Shown: positions 25,804 to 29,788 of the stretch, piece by piece
Position numbering within the stretch: position 1 is the first letter of the stretch
Layout: each line of letters begins with the position of its first letter
NCBI GenBank assembly: GCA_038231435.1
Contig: JBBRLJ010000052.1
Span: forward strand, 1-29,788
From: Planctomycetota bacterium
GTDB taxonomy: Bacteria; Planctomycetota; UBA11346
Reading direction: 5' to 3'
DNA: 29,788 nt
Translations under genes and position numbers: made by a program
The notes under the pieces: generated by a model
Told to the model about the DNA's origin: nothing
What the model saw: only the letters and a program-made list of their open reading frames with translations
Databases searched by the model: none

Positions 25804-27483
25804 TCAGCGCCAGCGCACCAGGGCGATCTCGCCGGGCGACAGCTCGATCTGGAAGCCATCGTTCTCAGGCGTGGCCCGCACCGCTGAACGGGTGGCGCCG
25901 AAGGCATCGACCTTGACCGCTTCGCTCGCGCCGCTTCCAGCCACGCGAGTCGGATAGAGAAACACCCGTGACCGCGTGGCGGCCTGGTCGGCGAGCAGCA
26001 GTTCGGCCTGCCATCCCGGGCAGGGGCGCAGCCACGCCGTGGCGACGTGCGGTGGGGCCACCAGGCGGAAACGCGCTGCGCGGGCGGCACCCGCATGGGC
26101 GAGGTGCGGCACGGCGAGGCCGGCCGCCGCACGCCACGGCCCCGACGGACGCGACGCGCGCATGAGCGCGTAGCCGATCCGCGGTTCGACCGGGAGCAGC
26201 AGGTGTCCGTGCTCGACGCGCACCGGGAATGGCTCGCCGGCGGCGATGGCCACCCCGCGGCCCGCGCGATCTCCCAGCGATGCCCAGCGCAGTCCGCGCC
26301 GTTCGCCGCGCGGCCCACTGGCGCCGGGAATGCTCGCCAGGGTGTACTCGCGCAGCTCATCGATGGCCACCAGCGAAGCGTCCGCGTGTGCGGTCGGATG
26401 GTCGAGTTCGAGCAGGCCCGTGCCGTCGTAATGCGCTGAAATGCGCAGCGCGTCCTCGTGGGCGTGCAGCGCGTAGGACAGCTCGAGCGTGCCGCTGGGC
26501 CCGGAGCGGGTGACCGTGACCAGTGCGCGCACCGGTCCGCGCTCCCAGACCGTCACGACGGTGGCTGACGTTCCTGACGCATCCGTGCCATCAGAGCCGA
26601 AGGCCTGTCCGTCGATCAGCGGCGTCACCGCGGGACCGGTCCATTCGGCGAAGACCCCGTCCCACGACAGGCGCGCGATCCGCCCGCGGACATCGAACTC
26701 GGCGCGCACGCGTCCGTTGTCGAGCACCCGCTCGGACACCTCCCAGGTGGCGCCAGGAGCGGGTTCGTCCGTCGGGGCGAGCGTGGTGGCTGCCAATGCT
26801 CCCAGTTCGACATCAGCCAGCATGCCGTGGGCGACTCCCGACGGCCCGGAGACGATCTGCGCCGGGTGGCGGGCGCCGTTGGCGTCGAGCAGCGCCGCAG
26901 GGGGGGCATCGGGCAGGGGCAACATGACCAGGGCGCGGCGCGCGAACGGAAGGGGGTTCCACGCGCCCATACCGGTCCCTGCGAATACCTGGCCGAGCGG
27001 GGGTGGGGGTGCGGCCTGGGAGAGATGCGCGAGGATCTCGTCCCACGGAGCGCCTTGGACCGAGTTCCCATCGAACACCGCGTGAGCGTCGGCCACCCGA
27101 GCCGCGGTTTCGACTCCGGCGGTGATTTGGCGCTGCACGCCGACAGTGTGGGACGTCGGCGGCGCAGGGCCGTCGAGGGTCCCACGCAGCTCTGGCTGAT
27201 GGGATCCCATAGGTCCCGGATCGGAGCTGGCGGCGTCGCCGAGCACCGCCTTAGACATCGAAATGGCAGCTCCGCCCGCTCCGAGCCAGCGGCAGGGGGC
27301 GATGCCAGGGATCTCGATCTGCGAAATGCCTGCGAGCGCGAGCAGGTCGGGTAGGGAGGCGCTGTTCGTCGGCAGCGCCAACGCCCGGATCCCGGCGTGA
27401 TGCGTGCGTTCCATCCAGCGCAGCAGTGCCGTCGCGGGCAGCATGGTGCCATCAGCCGATACCGGCAGGAGCGCATCCGCCAT
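25804..27483 (-). CDS. Degenerate GH38 (alpha-mannosidase)-like protein, probably non-catalytic
   Basis: WNPLPFARRALV, LDNGRVRAEFD..GRIARL, ERGPVRA, WASLGD..GRGVA and LSPGEI match GH38 C-terminal beta-domain motifs. Catalytic-domain motifs are missing. Confidence 0.55.
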   Translation of the reverse strand: MADALLPVSADGTMLPATALLRWMERTHHAGIRALALPTNSASLPDLLALAGISQIEIPGIAPCRWLGAGGAAISMSKAVLGDAASSDPGPMGSHQPELRGTLDGPAPPTSHTVGVQRQITAGVETAARVADAHAVFDGNSVQGAPWDEILAHLSQAAPPPPLGQVFAGTGMGAWNPLPFARRALVMLPLPDAPPAALLDANGARHPAQIVSGPSGVAHGMLADVELGALAATTLAPTDEPAPGATWEVSERVLDNGRVRAEFDVRGRIARLSWDGVFAEWTGPAVTPLIDGQAFGSDGTDASGTSATVVTVWERGPVRALVTVTRSGPSGTLELSYALHAHEDALRISAHYDGTGLLELDHPTAHADASLVAIDELREYTLASIPGASGPRGERRGLRWASLGDRAGRGVAIAAGEPFPVRVEHGHLLLPVEPRIGYALMRASRPSGPWRAAAGLAVPHLAHAGAARAARFRLVAPPHVATAWLRPCPGWQAELLLADQAATRSRVFLYPTRVAGSGASEAVKVDAFGATRSAVRATPENDGFQIELSPGEIALVRWR

Positions 27484-27597
27484 GTCTCAACCCTGTCAGG
27501 CTTTAGCACGCCGCCAGCGCAAATCCGTATCCGCCACCCATCGCGCCAAAGTCAGGCCTTCCTTGACTTTAGGACTCGGAAAGCGATTACTGCCGTA

Positions 27598-28164
27598 ATG
27601 CGCGGTGCCCTCTGCTTCCTGGGACAGATGGCCACGAAGTGGCGTGAGACCGGGGCCATCGCCCCCAGCGGACCGCACCTGGCCAAGATCATGGCCCGCA
27701 GCGTCGGCACCCTCGAACCCGGCCAGGTCATCATCGAACTCGGACCCGGGACCGGAGCCTTCACCAAGGCCCTGGTGAAGCTGTTCCCCGAGAACCCGGT
27801 CATCGGCATCGAGTTCAATCCAGTGTTCGTCAAGCGCCTGCGCAACATCCTGCCAATGACCACGATCATCGAGGGCTGCGCATCCAAGCTTCCCGAGCAT
27901 CTCGATGAGCTCGGCATCGATGCCGAGCAGGTCGGCGCCGTGGTCAGCGGACTGCCGCTCTTGATGATGCCCAAGGACCTGTCGCGCGACATCTTCTCGG
28001 CGATCGCCGCGGTGCTTCCCGCTGGACAGCCGTACGTGCAGTTCACGTATTCTGAGCGCGCCTGGCGCCGCTTCGAACCGCGCGGCTTCCGCCCGAGCAA
28101 GCCCAAGAAGGTCTGGCTGAATTTTCCGCCGGCCGTCGTCTTGCCGTTCACTCGCGCCTCGTAA
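27598..28164 (+). CDS. Class I SAM-dependent lipid N-methyltransferase (Sinorhizobium PmtA-type)
   Basis: TGAIAPSG..LAKIMA, IIELGPGTGAFT, VVSGLPL, VQFTYS, VWLNFPPA. Confidence 0.82.
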   Translation: MRGALCFLGQMATKWRETGAIAPSGPHLAKIMARSVGTLEPGQVIIELGPGTGAFTKALVKLFPENPVIGIEFNPVFVKRLRNILPMTTIIEGCASKLPEHLDELGIDAEQVGAVVSGLPLLMMPKDLSRDIFSAIAAVLPAGQPYVQFTYSERAWRRFEPRGFRPSKPKKVWLNFPPAVVLPFTRAS

Positions 28165-28225
28165 CCACGCTGCGCGTGGTAAACGGCCTCGGCAGTTTGA
28201 TCGCTTCGCGATCACGATGCGCTCG

Positions 28226-28260
28226 TTTTCAGTTGGGGGGCCGTAGTCCCCCAACTAAAA
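28226..28260 (+). repeat. Family 2 repeat, minimal hairpin copy D overlapping the argH stop
   Basis: TTTTCAGTTGGGGGGCCGTAGTCCCCCAACTAAAA. Confidence 0.85.
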
Positions 28261-29601
28261 GAGCGCGTTCCAGGTCGTCTCGAGCTGCTCGCGGCGGGTG
28301 CGCCAGGATTTGGTGAGGGCGGCGAGGCGGTCGGCGAGGGTGGCGAGGCCGAGGTTGCCGGTGGAGCCGGCGTGGGTGCGTTCGCGGACGACGCGGTCGT
28401 GGTCGGGGGTGCCGAGTTCGGCGAGATTCTTGCCGATCTGGACGTAAGCGTCGCGGAAGGGGACGCCCTTTTCGCGGACTAGGCGGTAGGCCTCGTCGGT
28501 GGCGTAGATGTCGGGGGTCAGCGCGGCGAGGATCCGCTCGCGCACCGGCTCGAGGGTGGGCACGGCGGCGGCCATCACCGCCAGTGCCTGGCGCGCCAGG
28601 CGCAAGCCATCGATGCACAGCGCCTTGGTATCCTGCAGGTCGCGCGAATAGCCGGATGGCAGCCCGATGGTGATCGCGGCGAGGCCGGTGCGCATGCCGA
28701 GGAAGCGCGCGGCGCGGCCGCGGATGAGTTCGAAGAGGTCGAAGTTCTTCTTCTGCGGCATGATGCTCGAGCCGGTGGTGAAGCCGGCCCCGATGGCGAA
28801 GAAGCCGCACTCGGCGGTGGTGAAGAACAGCATGTCGGCGGCGAAGCGGCTGAGATCGGTGACCAGCGCGCCGGCGGCATCCAGGCACGCGCTCTCGACC
28901 TTGCCGCGCGAGTTCGCGTCGGCCATGGCGATGCCGGGCGCTCGCGCGAATCCGAGCAGGCGCGCGCTGAGCGCACGGTCGAGCGGCAGGCCGACGCCAT
29001 AGCTCGCACCCGAGCCGAGCGGGCACGCATCGGCGAACGCGAAGGCGGCATCGACCAACATCAGGTCGTCGGCCAGGGCCTGGGCGTGGGCGCCGAAGAA
29101 CTGGCCGAGGCTCGACGGCATCGCGCGCTGGAGATGCGTGTACCCTGGGAAGGGGTGGAACTCGTACGCGCGCGCCCGTTCGAGCAGCGCTGCCGCCGCC
29201 GAGCCGGCGTCCTCGGCCAGCCGGCAGAGCGTGTGCTTCTGCCACAGCCGGATCGCGGTCAGCACCTGGTCGTTGCGGCTGCGCCCGGTGTGCAGCCGCT
29301 TGGCCGGCCCGCCGAGCCGCGCGGTGAGCAGGGCCTCGATCTTGCTGTGCACGTCCTCGTCCGAGGCCTCGACCGTCCATGCGCCAGCGGCGAACTCGGC
29401 GTGCAGCGCGCGCAGTCCGTCGATCAGCGCGGTGGCGTCGGCGCTGGGCAGCAGTCCCACCTGACCGAGCATGCGCGCGTGCGCGATCGAGCCGAGGATG
29501 TCGTAGGGCGCGAGCTCGCGATCGTAGAGGTGGTCGTCCCCGACGGTGAACTCGTGCACCGAACGCTCGGTCTCGTCGCCGCCTTTGCTCCAGATCGCCA
29601 T
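28255..29601 (-). CDS. argH: Argininosuccinate lyase
   Basis: EDVHS, LHTGRSRNDQV, PGYTHLQRAMP, PLGSGA, TGSSIMPQKKN, GVPFRDAY. Confidence 0.96.
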   Translation of the reverse strand: MAIWSKGGDETERSVHEFTVGDDHLYDRELAPYDILGSIAHARMLGQVGLLPSADATALIDGLRALHAEFAAGAWTVEASDEDVHSKIEALLTARLGGPAKRLHTGRSRNDQVLTAIRLWQKHTLCRLAEDAGSAAAALLERARAYEFHPFPGYTHLQRAMPSSLGQFFGAHAQALADDLMLVDAAFAFADACPLGSGASYGVGLPLDRALSARLLGFARAPGIAMADANSRGKVESACLDAAGALVTDLSRFAADMLFFTTAECGFFAIGAGFTTGSSIMPQKKNFDLFELIRGRAARFLGMRTGLAAITIGLPSGYSRDLQDTKALCIDGLRLARQALAVMAAAVPTLEPVRERILAALTPDIYATDEAYRLVREKGVPFRDAYVQIGKNLAELGTPDHDRVVRERTHAGSTGNLGLATLADRLAALTKSWRTRREQLETTWNALF

Positions 29602-29655
29602 GGCGTGACGATGCGATGCGACCCCGGCGAGGCAAGGACCGGGGCTGTTTTTTTT

Positions 29656-29788
29656 CAGGGGCTTCGCCCCTACGGCCTTGCGGCCTACCCCACGGGCTTT
29701 GTCGGGGCTCGATGTCTCCGCTTCGCTGCGACATCGTCGGCGGATCGGCTACGCCGATTGTATCCGCCGACCGCCCCTCGGCGCCCGC
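29656..29788 (-). repeat. Dispersed multi-hairpin repeat, family 1, copy 4 (runs to the window end)
   Basis: Reverse complement: GTCGGCGGA..ATCGGC-GTA-GCCGA..TCCGCCGAC CGATGTC..GC-GAA-GC..GACATCG..GTAGGCC-GCAA-GGCCGTAGGGGC-GAA-GCCCCTG. Closest to copy 1. Confidence 0.9.

Noticed and set aside
28229..29734. 501-aa ORF whose N-terminus (MSQRSGDIEPR..PWGRP) resembles part of ORF 10..240
   Set aside because: The similarity comes from translating the repeat. The rest is an alternative frame over argH.

Overview
A GC-rich bacterial chromosomal segment carrying mostly housekeeping and carbohydrate-active genes. The SMC sequence and the eukaryote-type UDP-sugar pyrophosphorylase suggest a PVC/Planctomycetota-like host, but this is inference only. 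Recognisable genes: a UAP-type pyrophosphorylase, smc, dut-coaX, panB, carA-mntP, a sialate O-acetylesterase, mtnA, arfB, mtnC-trmL, a PmtA-type methyltransferase and argH. Also present are a GH5-like lipoprotein, a CPBP protease, a TIM-barrel sugar isomerase, two PDZ-only proteins, a FliL-like protein, a degenerate GH38-like protein and several small ORFans. I found no rRNA, tRNA, CRISPR array or transposase. The most notable signals are intergenic. (1) Two families of dispersed, modular multi-hairpin repeats (8 copies plus one partial copy). They share an invariant GGCCGTAG core and have covarying stems closed by C-GNA-G triloops, which resembles REP elements folding as single-stranded DNA. 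(2) A recurrent promoter-like motif, CTTGnnn-N15-YAnnnT, whose spacer is about 2 bp shorter than the canonical sigma70 spacer and which often implies leaderless mRNAs. (3) A structured leader upstream of mtnA. (4) Degenerate 7- and 8-bp tandem tracts.
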